A DNA stretch of 64,000 nucleotides from assembly GCA_965248755.1 (NCBI GenBank), contig OZ252149.1, positions 3,776,001 through 3,840,000 of the forward strand, in the 5' to 3' direction. The translations under genes and the position numbers were made by a program. Shown piece after piece: positions 1 to 8,666 of this stretch. Under the pieces are notes generated by a model. That model did not search any database and was not told the origin of the DNA. It saw only the letters and a list, made by a program, of their open reading frames with translations. The DNA comes from Candidatus Latescibacterota bacterium (GTDB lineage: Bacteria; Latescibacterota; CBDEFO01). Every line of letters starts with the position of its first letter. Positions within the stretch are counted from its first letter, which is position 1.

Positions 1-1
1 T

Positions 2-751
2 TCCACGGCATCTGCTCAGGTCACCTTGAGTATCCCTGAGGTTGCTGTGATGCCGGGGGATAAGGGAGTCGTTATCCCGATTCAGATGGATAACAGTTCA
101 GGAACTGTCAAAGGGATTCAGGTGTTCTTGGAGTTCGATAGTATGAGTATAGATATAACTGATGTGCAAGTATCCCAGAGAGTTGAACATATATCGAGTT
201 TCTTGTTTAATGTCCTGCCAAACGAGTTGAGGTTAGTTATCCTGGATTTCGGAGGAAATGTCGTGGATGAGGGAGCAGGACCGATAGCCTTTATGGTCAT
301 CGATGTATCGGACCGCCTGACGGGGAATCGAAAGATACCTCTCGGGTTCATAAGACAGACGCCTGCTGTGACTGTGGTGATAGACGAGCACAACGAGGAA
401 TACGACCTGATTTTGATAGATGGGGGATTGAATGTACTGAGTACGGATGTAGTTGAAAAAGACGATGAACCCATGAAATATGCACTGTCGCAGAACTATC
501 CGAATCCGTTTAATCCAGGGACAGTGATTCGTTACAGCATCGCTGAGGATAACTATGTGAAGCTGGACGTTTACGATATTTTGGGACGTCTGGTAGTTAC
601 TCTGGTGGATTCTTACATAACCGCGGGATTCTACAGCGTCAATTGGGATGGGAAAGATAGTTGGGGGAAGGATGTGGCAAGTGGCGTCTATATATATAGA
701 ATACGATCCGGGTATTTTCTGTCTGTGCGGAGGATGACGCTCGTAAGGTAG
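2..751 (+). CDS. Cohesin-domain protein with T9SS type-A/FlgD-Ig C-terminal domain (5'-partial)
   Basis: Frame is open from base 2 (STASAQVTLSIP...). Cohesin-like pattern VVIPIQMDN..GIQVFLEFD...LIDGGLNV, then CTD SQNYPNPFNP...WDGKD..G..VASGVYIY. Confidence 0.8.
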   Translation, partial: STASAQVTLSIPEVAVMPGDKGVVIPIQMDNSSGTVKGIQVFLEFDSMSIDITDVQVSQRVEHISSFLFNVLPNELRLVILDFGGNVVDEGAGPIAFMVIDVSDRLTGNRKIPLGFIRQTPAVTVVIDEHNEEYDLILIDGGLNVLSTDVVEKDDEPMKYALSQNYPNPFNPGTVIRYSIAEDNYVKLDVYDILGRLVVTLVDSYITAGFYSVNWDGKDSWGKDVASGVYIYRIRSGYFLSVRRMTLVR

Positions 752-759
752 TCGGGAAC

Positions 760-1908
760 ATGGATAAGATAAAGATCCTGCATCTTATAAATAGCTCAGA
801 GGTCGGCGGGGGCCCCAGACACGTGCAGTTGTTGATCCGTGGTATGGACGGCAGAAGGTTCGAGAATATAGTCGGGTGCTCAGACGACGGGCCTATGGTC
901 GCTGTGTTTAAGGAGATGGATGTGGAGGTCAGCGTTATAGATTTTGTGGATGGCCTCCATCCCGGAATGGGAAGAATGCAGCTCTGGATACTGGTGTCTG
1001 ATGTGCTCAGCGTAATCAGGAGCCAGAAAGTAGATCTGGTGCACGCGCACGGAACCAGGACGGGCATTTACGGGGGAATCGCTGCGAGGATAGCGGGGAT
1101 CAGGTGCATCTATACAGTGCACGCTTTGTCCGTGAGCTCTAAGAGGAGTGCTTTGGGAAAGATCCTGTGCTGGTTCATTGAGAGGACCTGCTGTTTTCTT
1201 GTGGATTTTGTGATTTCTGTCTCGGAAGTGAACAGACAGATTATGGTCAAGTGGAAAATTGTAAGAGAGGATAAGATCCAGACGATTAGGAACGGCATAG
1301 ACATAGACGAGCTGACCCCCGATTTAATCGGGGGGGACTTCGTGCCTACTGGAGATTTTGCGGATGGGAGAGCTGTTGTGGGGACTGTGGGAAGACTTGT
1401 ACCTCAAAAGGGGCAGGAGTATTTTATCCGGGCGGCAAAGATGGTGTTAGATGTCTATCCGGGCGTGGAGTTCCTGGTGGTGGGAGAGGGACCTTTAGAA
1501 GGGAGATTGAAGGGGATAGCAGTGGAGTTGAAAATTGACGACAAAGTCAAGTTTGCGGGCACAAGGAAAGATATAGCTGACGTGCTGAGGAAGATGGACA
1601 TTGTGGTGATGCCCTCTCTGTGGGAAGGGTTGCCGTATGTGGCTTTAGAGGCTTTAGGCGCAGGAAAGGCGCTGGTGGCGTCGGATGTAGGTGAAATCAG
1701 GGAGGTGGTTGAAGATGAGAGGACGGGGCTGCTTGTTAAGCCGAAGGATGTAAAGGGTCTGGCCGATGCCCTGATAGGTCTTTTGAAGGATAGAGATAGG
1801 ATAAACATACTAGGGACCGGGGGCAGAAACGCTGTAAGCGAGCGGTTCGATGTGAATGATGCGATAAAAGGGACTGTGGGGGTGTACGAGAGGGTTCTGG
1901 AATTGTAG
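760..1908 (+). CDS. Glycosyltransferase family 4 (GT-B)
   Basis: GGGPRHV N-terminus, VHAH, GRLVPQKG, PSLWEGLPYVALEA (EX7E) motifs. Confidence 0.92.
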   Translation: MDKIKILHLINSSEVGGGPRHVQLLIRGMDGRRFENIVGCSDDGPMVAVFKEMDVEVSVIDFVDGLHPGMGRMQLWILVSDVLSVIRSQKVDLVHAHGTRTGIYGGIAARIAGIRCIYTVHALSVSSKRSALGKILCWFIERTCCFLVDFVISVSEVNRQIMVKWKIVREDKIQTIRNGIDIDELTPDLIGGDFVPTGDFADGRAVVGTVGRLVPQKGQEYFIRAAKMVLDVYPGVEFLVVGEGPLEGRLKGIAVELKIDDKVKFAGTRKDIADVLRKMDIVVMPSLWEGLPYVALEALGAGKALVASDVGEIREVVEDERTGLLVKPKDVKGLADALIGLLKDRDRINILGTGGRNAVSERFDVNDAIKGTVGVYERVLEL

Positions 1909-1930
1909 ATCTAAGAATGTAAGGGTTTAC

Positions 1931-2022
1931 GCTGAAGGAAAATCCTTCAGAGATACTGTTGAAGGAAAATCCTGCTGAAGGAAAATCCTTCAGAGATACG
2001 TTGAAGGAAAATCCTTCAGAGA
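1931..2022. repeat. Four tandem copies of the palindromic unit (C/T)TGAAGGAAAATCCTTCAG(AGATAC)
   Basis: Copies at about 1932, 1959 (truncated), 1975 and 2001. CTGAAGGA-AAA-TCCTTCAG is an inverted repeat. Confidence 0.9.
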
Positions 2023-2033
2023 GAGAGGGAACG

Positions 2034-3512
2034 ATGCGGCAGGTAATTCTTATTCTATGGATTGAATTATTTGCCATTTTTTTTAGTATTTTTGTAGCGA
2101 ACGCTGCCGTGCATGAGTTTAGGGCGTCGGTGCGGATTCCGCTTCATCACTGGTCTTATGACGTCCTTGAAAGGTTGGCTACCGAGGGGCTTGTAGATAG
2201 GATGATGATTGGACATAAGCCTCTGAGGAGACGTGATGTGGCAAGAACTGTTCTGAATCTTTCAACTATAAAGGACGAAATATCAAAGGGAAACAGTGTC
2301 CTGGTGAGGAACTTGGAGAGGGAGTTCAGGGTTGAGATTGAGGGTATCAGAGCCGAAAAGGAGAGCTTTCTTGGGGAATTTCATATAAGGCCTCAGTTTA
2401 CAGTAGGCGGATGGACTAGAGATTTTGTGAATAATCTGGACAGTTATCGGCTATTCGATTTTCAGGAGGGGACGAATCTAGGGCTGGAGATACCTTTAGG
2501 GTTGAATATCGGGGATAGGACTTCGATTTTCCTGTCGCCTTATGTATTGTGGAACGAGGACACAACAGAGGCCAGGCTTAGAACGGCTTATGTGGATGTA
2601 GACCTCTGGGGTATGGATATTGAGGTGGGGATAGACGAGTTGTGGTGGGGTCCCGGGTATCACGGCGATTTTGTCATAACGGATAATGCTGACCCGTTTT
2701 TTTTGGGGCGAGTTTCCAGGATGTTTGAAGAGATCAGGGCCACAGTTGTAGTAGGAGCGGTTAAGACTGCACAGGAAGGTAGGGGGGATGTAAATGCGAC
2801 TCTGGGTGGGATGAGGGTGGAGTGGTCGTACAGAAATAGACTATTTTTGGAGGCGAGCCTGGGATCGGTCTTCGGGGGAGGGAGTGCAAATCAGGTCGGT
2901 GAGTTCGGAGGTGCCTGGTACGTTGCAAATGGCGTGAAGATATACGCAATAAGCGGGGGAGACGATCTGTGGGAGTCGGGTGTGAAGAGGAGGTCTTTCC
3001 CCTGGGGCAAAAAAAACGGTCGCATATCAGGGATATATCTGAGCGATCCTCTGCAGGACGGGAAGACGGATTTCAGGGTGGAGCTGGCGGTGTTGGAGGA
3101 ATTGGAAGGAAGGGAGGATAATTGGTACTTTGAAAGGGGAAGGGATTACTTTCATAAAGGGAGTATTTTGGGACATCACCTGGGCAGGAGAGGAATTGGG
3201 GGCACAAGGAGGAGGAATGAGCGGGATTTCTTTTTGAAGATAGGACATCAGTTATCGAGCGATTTGAGGGTAGAGGCGCAGTACAACAGGGAGTCGTCGG
3301 ATGTATCGGTTACACAGCCCATAGAGATAGAGTTCAGAGAATTTATAAGCTTCCTTTCGTTGGATGTTATGTATCAATCGAGCCGGAAGGTGAATCTGTA
3401 TTTTGCTGGGAGGTTCTTCCCAGTTTTAAGGCAGGTGCTGCAAACAGGGGCAGTGGATGTGGACCAGAAAGATTTCATGTACACTATTACCGCAGAGTAT
3501 ATGCTCTTTTAG
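2034..3512 (+). CDS. wzi: Capsule assembly Wzi-family outer-membrane beta-barrel
   Basis: Signal peptide from ATG 2034; the upstream ORF extension is the tandem repeat. HWSYDVLERL N-terminal motif, WWGPGYHGDFVITDNA motif, C-terminal aromatic residue. Confidence 0.7.
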   Translation: MRQVILILWIELFAIFFSIFVANAAVHEFRASVRIPLHHWSYDVLERLATEGLVDRMMIGHKPLRRRDVARTVLNLSTIKDEISKGNSVLVRNLEREFRVEIEGIRAEKESFLGEFHIRPQFTVGGWTRDFVNNLDSYRLFDFQEGTNLGLEIPLGLNIGDRTSIFLSPYVLWNEDTTEARLRTAYVDVDLWGMDIEVGIDELWWGPGYHGDFVITDNADPFFLGRVSRMFEEIRATVVVGAVKTAQEGRGDVNATLGGMRVEWSYRNRLFLEASLGSVFGGGSANQVGEFGGAWYVANGVKIYAISGGDDLWESGVKRRSFPWGKKNGRISGIYLSDPLQDGKTDFRVELAVLEELEGREDNWYFERGRDYFHKGSILGHHLGRRGIGGTRRRNERDFFLKIGHQLSSDLRVEAQYNRESSDVSVTQPIEIEFREFISFLSLDVMYQSSRKVNLYFAGRFFPVLRQVLQTGAVDVDQKDFMYTITAEYMLF

Positions 3513-3760
3513 CCCGATTAATTCATAAACTTGGTGGAGTCATTGCGAGGCGCAAAGCGGTCCCCGATTGAGTCTATCGGGGAAGCAATCTCAAGGTTTT
3601 ATAGTGGTCTCCTATGAGAGCCGGAGAGTATTACATCTGCCACAGAATCGGGATTGCTTCGCCTTCGGCTCGCAATGACACCGAAGGTGGTTAAACGGCA
3701 TAACTATAATATAATACAATCCCTTAATTAATACACGGCTTTTTTTGTGAATTATTGGGG
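3513..3760. mobile_element. MITE-like element, copy 1 (contains a REP-like pair and an inserted short palindrome)
   Basis: TIRs CCCGATTAATTCA / TGAATTATTGGGG, flanked by TTAG / TTAA. Near-identical inverted copy at 53830-54058. Confidence 0.85.
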
Positions 3761-3816
3761 TTAAAGGCGATTGGCTATCTATTTTTTATTTTTTGCATAA
3801 TTAGGGGATTTTTTTG

Positions 3817-3860
3817 TTGACATCTGGTTTATTTTATCTTATCTTGTGACTTGTATCACA
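3817..3860 (+). promoter_or_regulatory. Sigma70-type promoter with overlapping CRP/FNR-family-like operator (copy 1)
   Basis: TTGACA(3817-22)-N17-TATCTT(3840-45); TGTGA-N6-TCACA at 3845-3860. Confidence 0.7.
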
Positions 3861-3932
3861 GCACAGATGTCGGGGTTTGGTTATCTTTAAGATGTGCAGG
3901 TTATATTTTTTGCCAAATTCGGGATTTTTTTG

Positions 3933-3976
3933 TTGACATCTGGTTTATTTTATCTTATCTTGTGACCTGTATCACA
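3933..3976 (+). promoter_or_regulatory. Sigma70-type promoter with overlapping CRP/FNR-family-like operator (copy 2)
   Basis: TTGACA(3933-38)-N17-TATCTT(3956-61); TGTGA-CCTGTA-TCACA at 3961-3976. Confidence 0.7.
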
Positions 3977-4058
3977 GCACAGATGTCGGGGTGTAGTTAT
4001 ATTTTGTGGACAATCACTCAAAGTTAGATAATGTTCTATCACGAAGGGAGGAGAGAAC

Positions 4059-4295
4059 ATGCGCAAAAAGGTAAAGATCCTGAAAGATTCTGGGTTGATC
4101 TTAGCTCTTAGCATCTTTATAGGTGCTTGGGAGGCGTCGGCCGGTCAGATCCCTGAGGAGACTATGGATTCTATAACCGATACAATCTCCTTTGACGCTG
4201 TGGGGGACAGGGCAGCAATTCAGATTGGGATAGATACGGTTGCGGTTAACTCAGGGGCGACATTGAGAGATAGTCTGTTGTCTGTGAGCTATTAT
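4059..4295 (+). pseudogene. N-terminal fragment (signal peptide) of a secreted dockerin-like protein interrupted by insertion
   Basis: GGAG RBS and signal peptide MRKKVK...WEASA. Joins in frame to 6906-7514 across the ATTAT direct repeat. Confidence 0.75.
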
Positions 4296-4576
4296 TGTCT
4301 ATTTATCTCCTTTTCAGGACTATAATCTGTGCGGCTTTTGCTCCCAGCGTGATAGCCGCGGCTTGTTCTAGCCGCCGTATTGCAGATATAAACTGCTTGG
4401 GTGAACAGCTCTTCAGTTCCTGACCATAGTAACACCCCCGAGTTTCTTCATAGGTCTACCCAGGTCTTTTCCAAGATCTTGTCCCAGGCACTTTTATTGA
4501 GAGTATAAAAGAAATTTCTACTTAACCTATGATTCAAGAGGAGAGATACGCTAACATCTATCGAGTATATCAATTC

Positions 4577-4665
4577 TGGTGCCGAAGCCGGGAGTCGAAC
4601 CCGGATGGACGTTAAAGCCCGCGGGATTTTGAGCCCCGTGTGTCTACCAGTTTCACCACTTCGGA
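4577..4665 (-). tRNA. tRNA-Leu (anticodon CAA), CCA encoded, with a U1-C72 mismatch
   Basis: Minus strand TCCGAAGTGGTGAAACTGGTAGACACACGGGGCT-CAA-AATCCCG, long variable arm, CCGGGTTCGACTCCCGG, CTTCGGC-A-CCA. Confidence 0.92.
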
Positions 4666-4740
4666 ACCTGTATTCAGATCGTCCAAATATGCGGGTAAGC
4701 AGCCAGCGCCAGACTGGAATGTCTGACGCGACACTTTGAA

Positions 4741-5232
4741 TCAAAAACTATCAGCCCGATCATATCCAGGGGCGTTTGCCTTGCACGGTCCTATGATCTC
4801 TGAGAAGACGACCGCTTGTACTACGGATTTAGAGTTGAATCAAATCGGCAGACGCACAGGAGCTTTATAATCTCCTTTTTCTGCCCTTCCCCACTCGGGA
4901 GACTTGGCAGGTTTTGAAGGTGCAGCGTGCACAGCGGGTCGAACGACCACTTCGGATTGTCCACTCGATTCTGGCTGAACATACCCTACAGTCTCTAACT
5001 TTTTAGTCCTCTCCCGCGCTAAAGTCTCCTGCTTGTGTATCTGATCTTCAGCTTCAAAATCGTATTCTTCTTCCATTTCATCCGCCGGCATTATATCCCG
5101 CTGTGCCCTGGCAATAGGAACAGCAGGCGGACCAGCTGCGGAATCTTCCTTCGCCTTTCTCTCCGCCTGCCGGATCTTGCTGAATATATAGGATATTACG
5201 ATGAGAATGATGACAAACCAGAAACTATCCAT
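4741..5232 (-). pseudogene. YqfB-like membrane-anchored protein with an in-frame TGA at 4840-4842
   Basis: N-terminal TM segment and charged linker. After the TGA the frame continues FNSKSVVQAVVFSEIIGPCKA..., resembling the 'SEIlgpP.A' C-terminus of YqfB-like proteins. Confidence 0.6.
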
Positions 5233-5274
5233 TACACGATCTTTCTTTTTTGAACTGCTTGTTACAGAGTCAAC

Positions 5275-6900
5275 CCGACATTCCCCATATCACATTCATG
5301 AGGGATTATATTTCGATACATTCTTGTTTCTGAATTAATATTACCACTTTTACATTTTTCAACAAGTACTTTTTTCAATTAAAATAGTATTTTCCTCTGA
5401 ATTATCACTTTCTTTGTGTTTAAATCCTCCAATTAGAGACACCTCTCCATCGACTCACAAAAAAATGTGGCAGTTTAAACAGAATAACATCGCAATCGTT
5501 CAATCCGGGATAATATTTCGGCAAATAACCTCTTGTCTATCCCAACCTCAGCCATTTGAAACGTAATATATCCGCTGTGTCTGACAATCTTCGCTCCGAT
5601 TTTGATAAATTTCACGAGGAGGCTGCGTAGTGACCAGTGTTTGATTTTCTTCGGAAGAACAAAACGTCGCAGGAAGTTGCCCAAGTTGTAAGCCAGAACA
5701 AACAGCCAGAGCCTCACCTGATTGGAGACGAAACGCTTGCATGAGAGTCGGGTCCAGTTCAGAGCATACTTGCCCTCCTTAATCCACTGCTCAGCTCTGC
5801 CACGGCCATTGTAGAAGTGTACCACGCCTTCTGGCTTGGCGCTCATGTTGGTCACGATAAATCCCACTCTTGGGAATAACTCCCCTTGGTGCCATTCAAC
5901 CTTGGCGACCACTCGCCTCGATTGATCCCAACTGGCCGCTTTATATTGAAATTCATATAACGATACAATCGGTTTCCTCGGCGGTCGTCCAACTGGCCGA
6001 GTCAGCAGGTATCGTATCTTTTCATAGAGTATCTCATTTGCGGGAAGCCGAATGGCATACAAATAGCCGTTTCCCTCCAGATAATCATAAATCTCAGGCT
6101 TTGCGAATGCAGCATCGCCTCGAAAGTATTTCCTATTCTTCTTGCTCTCGTATCTCTTGACGATCGGTTCCAGAACTTCCTTCCAACGATCAGCACTGTG
6201 AACATTACCAGAGCGAAGTAGGACTCCTTCACAATCCCCGAACTGATTGAAGCAGAACACTGGATGAAAACAGGTACATCCGAAATGACCGTTGTAAGCT
6301 GATCCTTCCTGCTGGCCATGTACCGGACTCTCCGAACTGTCCATGTCCAGAATGATTCGTTGATGCTGTGTTTTACTCATCGCTTTTTGAACCCACTTGC
6401 CATTGATATCTGACAAGTTTCTGAGATTGTCATGCTGAGTCAGTATATCAGTTTCAAAACGTCCTATCGTGTTGGAGCTGGCAGCTTGCCTGCCTTTGTC
6501 CTTCTTTCCGGTAATCGCTCGCATGACGGGATCAACGGATAATCGCTCGGCGTCATTTACATCTTCATATCCTGCAAGACGGCTGTATATCGATTGACGC
6601 AGGAGAGTAGATATATCATGTTGGATATTACGGCCTGTGCGTTTATCGGTAAAAACCGCTGATACCGAATCAAATAATCCCAGTGCGTAATCAAGGTCAC
6701 GATACGCAAGAAGTCCACCGTTTGATGTCACCTTTGCACCATGAAATTCAAGCTTTATTCCTCCATCAAAACCTACTTTCATTCTTTCACCCTCTGGATG
6801 ATCAATATTTATCCGCCATTTATGAGTCTTATTTATTGTAATATAACATGTTCTGGCGACTTTGACAACCATTTTTCGGGTCTAATATGGCGAATGGGGG
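5275..6900 (-). mobile_element. IS1380-family insertion sequence, 1626 bp
   Basis: Imperfect 16-bp IRs CCGACATTCCCCATAT (5275-90) and ATATGGCGAATGGGGG (6885-6900), 13/16 match, enclosing the transposase. Confidence 0.88.
5475..6782 (-). CDS. tnp: IS1380-family DDE transposase (ORF open upstream to 6872)
   Basis: LEFHGAKVTSNGGLL, GYEDVND, ILDMDSS, HGQQEGSAYNGHF, RGDAAF, YNGRGRAEQWIKEGK. Confidence 0.93.
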   Translation of the reverse strand: MKVGFDGGIKLEFHGAKVTSNGGLLAYRDLDYALGLFDSVSAVFTDKRTGRNIQHDISTLLRQSIYSRLAGYEDVNDAERLSVDPVMRAITGKKDKGRQAASSNTIGRFETDILTQHDNLRNLSDINGKWVQKAMSKTQHQRIILDMDSSESPVHGQQEGSAYNGHFGCTCFHPVFCFNQFGDCEGVLLRSGNVHSADRWKEVLEPIVKRYESKKNRKYFRGDAAFAKPEIYDYLEGNGYLYAIRLPANEILYEKIRYLLTRPVGRPPRKPIVSLYEFQYKAASWDQSRRVVAKVEWHQGELFPRVGFIVTNMSAKPEGVVHFYNGRGRAEQWIKEGKYALNWTRLSCKRFVSNQVRLWLFVLAYNLGNFLRRFVLPKKIKHWSLRSLLVKFIKIGAKIVRHSGYITFQMAEVGIDKRLFAEILSRIERLRCYSV

Positions 6901-6905
6901 ATTAT

Positions 6906-7514
6906 GTCGTTGGTGTGCTTAATCCGTTTCTTGCCAAGGTCTTTGATCTAAGCGGTAGTGAACCGGGCGCGGAGTTGGTAAGTAAGACGATAGATCCTGC
7001 TGGAGGTCTCAGTCAGCTCACAGCGTCCGGATGGACAAGGTTTGAGGATGGCAGAGTCTCCTTGGGAATTACAAAGAATCAGCAACTGTTTCCAGCTATG
7101 GAGTTGTCCTCCGCTACGGGTCCTTCAATAGGTGGGATTAGCAGTCTTGACGCCGACGCAAGCTGGACCTACGATGACATCGCAGGGACGACTAAGTGGA
7201 GACGGGGCTCCGATTTTGTGGGGATCGCAGGGGACGGAGGATTTATGATACGGGCACTGACGGGTATCATGGGAGATGTGACGAAATTCGCGGGTCTTGA
7301 AAGGGGCACAGCAGACGGCGAGGTTGGGACGGAGGATCTGGACTTCGTAGTGGATGTAATCCTTCAGAGGACTTCAGCAACTGGTGTATCTGATGTACTG
7401 TCAGGGGCAGATGGGGTTACGCGGTTCCTTATGGATCCGGTGGACGGTGCAGGTGGAGGGGCTGACGGTACGATCAATCTCTTTGATGTCTTGTTAGTTG
7501 TAGATAGGCTCTAA
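6906..7514 (+). pseudogene. C-terminal fragment of the interrupted secreted protein, ending in a dockerin-like duplicated Ca-binding motif
   Basis: ADGEVGTEDLDFVVDVIL ... ADGTINLFDVLLVVDRL. The 5' part of track ORF 6741 is IS sequence. Confidence 0.7.
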
Positions 7515-7569
7515 TTTCTAAAAGTTTACTTAAGGAGTTCCATCCAATTCTCTTTAGGAGGTAATCGCT

Positions 7570-8385
7570 ATGAAAAGATCGGTCAGAATGTTCGGTTGCG
7601 CTTTGATGATTCTTGCGGGATTTGTCTATTCTGCAGAGGCAGCAGACGTAAGTTTGAGCCTTCCTGATGTATCTGTGGAGCCCGGAGGAGTGGGAACCGC
7701 GGCAATTAAGATGGAAAATCTGGAAAGTGAGGTCTTGGGGGTTCAGATAGTTTTAAAATACGATCCTAATGTGGTAAAGACGATAAAGATTCAGAAGGCA
7801 GGTCGCACCGATCACATGGACGTTTTGGAAAGCAACGTAGTGGAGCCGGGGATTTTGAAGCTGCTGGTGTTTGATCTGGAGGGGGAGTCTATCTCAAAGG
7901 GCGAGGGAGATATAGTAAATGTGGAGTTTACCGTCTCACCGGATGCGTCGCTCGGAGGGGTGAGTCCGTTGGAAATTATCTTTACAGAGGATAACACCAA
8001 TACCACCCTGGCTGATCTGGATAGGTTGGCGATTAAGTCCCTACAGATTAAGGACGGTGCAATTACGATAGGTCAGTCGGAGGAAGCGGATGGGGAGGGC
8101 ATACCGGGCAGCTCTTCGCTTTTACAAAACTTTCCGAATCCCTGGAACCCTTCTACCGTCATCAAGTATCACATAGCCCAGGATGGGCACGTGAATTTAA
8201 GTATATATAACATTGCAGGACAGCTTGTTCGGAATCTGGTGGATGATACTAAAAAGGCTGGAAAGTACGATGTGCAATGGGACGGGAAGGACAATAGTGG
8301 CAGAGTTGTGACAAGCGGAGTCTATTTCTATAAGATCGCTGCTGAAAATTTTAAGTCCACAAGGAAGATGATACTTTTGAGATAA
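7570..8385 (+). CDS. Secreted single-cohesin protein with T9SS/FlgD-like CTD
   Basis: AGGAGG RBS, signal peptide (..AEA/A), cohesin pattern GVQIVLKYDPNVV...IKDGAITI, CTD QNFPNPWNP...SGVYFY. Confidence 0.85.
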   Translation: MKRSVRMFGCALMILAGFVYSAEAADVSLSLPDVSVEPGGVGTAAIKMENLESEVLGVQIVLKYDPNVVKTIKIQKAGRTDHMDVLESNVVEPGILKLLVFDLEGESISKGEGDIVNVEFTVSPDASLGGVSPLEIIFTEDNTNTTLADLDRLAIKSLQIKDGAITIGQSEEADGEGIPGSSSLLQNFPNPWNPSTVIKYHIAQDGHVNLSIYNIAGQLVRNLVDDTKKAGKYDVQWDGKDNSGRVVTSGVYFYKIAAENFKSTRKMILLR

Positions 8386-8666
8386 CTCACGTGTGGTTCT
8401 ATCCGAAGACAGAGCGCTGGAGAGTGGGGGGAGTTTGATTGAGCGTTATCACTTCGGGGGTCGATAAACCTGAAAGGATTCAATTTACCAATTGAGTCTG
8501 GCTCTTGCCTTTGTAATTCTGCTCTGTGGATCGCTTCAGGATAGTCTACGGGGGTACGTTACGGAAGTTTCTGGGATTGGAAACAGGGCAGCATGCTGAT
8601 TTTGTTAAGAGAGGTAAGAAGCCAGATTTGTTATTTACCTTCGTTGTTCAGGGAGGTTACACCCTT

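Larger units (their letters stand above)
3805..3992 (+). repeat. Tandem duplication (116-bp period) of a ~72-bp promoter/operator block
   Basis: GGGATTTTTTTGTTGACATCTGG...CACAGATGTCGGGGT at 3805-3876 and 3921-3992 with one mismatch. Confidence 0.92.
4296..6900 (-). mobile_element. IS1380 transposition unit (IS plus ~980 bp of captured DNA)
   Basis: ATTAT at 4291-4295 and 6901-6905. Removing the unit restores a reading frame. The IS alone has no direct repeat (TCAAC vs ATTAT). Confidence 0.72.

Noticed and set aside
1931..2022. CRISPR array
   Set aside because: Repeats are short and nearly contiguous, with no unique 25-45-bp spacers and no cas genes.
4300..4520. HicA-like toxin fragment on the minus strand (SCSPKQFISAIRRL)
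   Set aside because: Resemblance too weak and no clean ORF.
4577..4665. tRNA as att site of a prophage or genomic island
   Set aside because: No integrase and no duplicated tRNA 3' end seen; the IS capture model fits better.
4448..4744. 98-aa ORF
   Set aside because: Runs through the tRNA gene on the same strand.
4840..4842. Selenocysteine or recoded TGA
   Set aside because: No redox motif or evident SECIS; TGA is a normal stop in other genes here.
6741..6900. N-terminus of the 257-aa track ORF
   Set aside because: Lies within the IS1380 end; fortuitous fusion.
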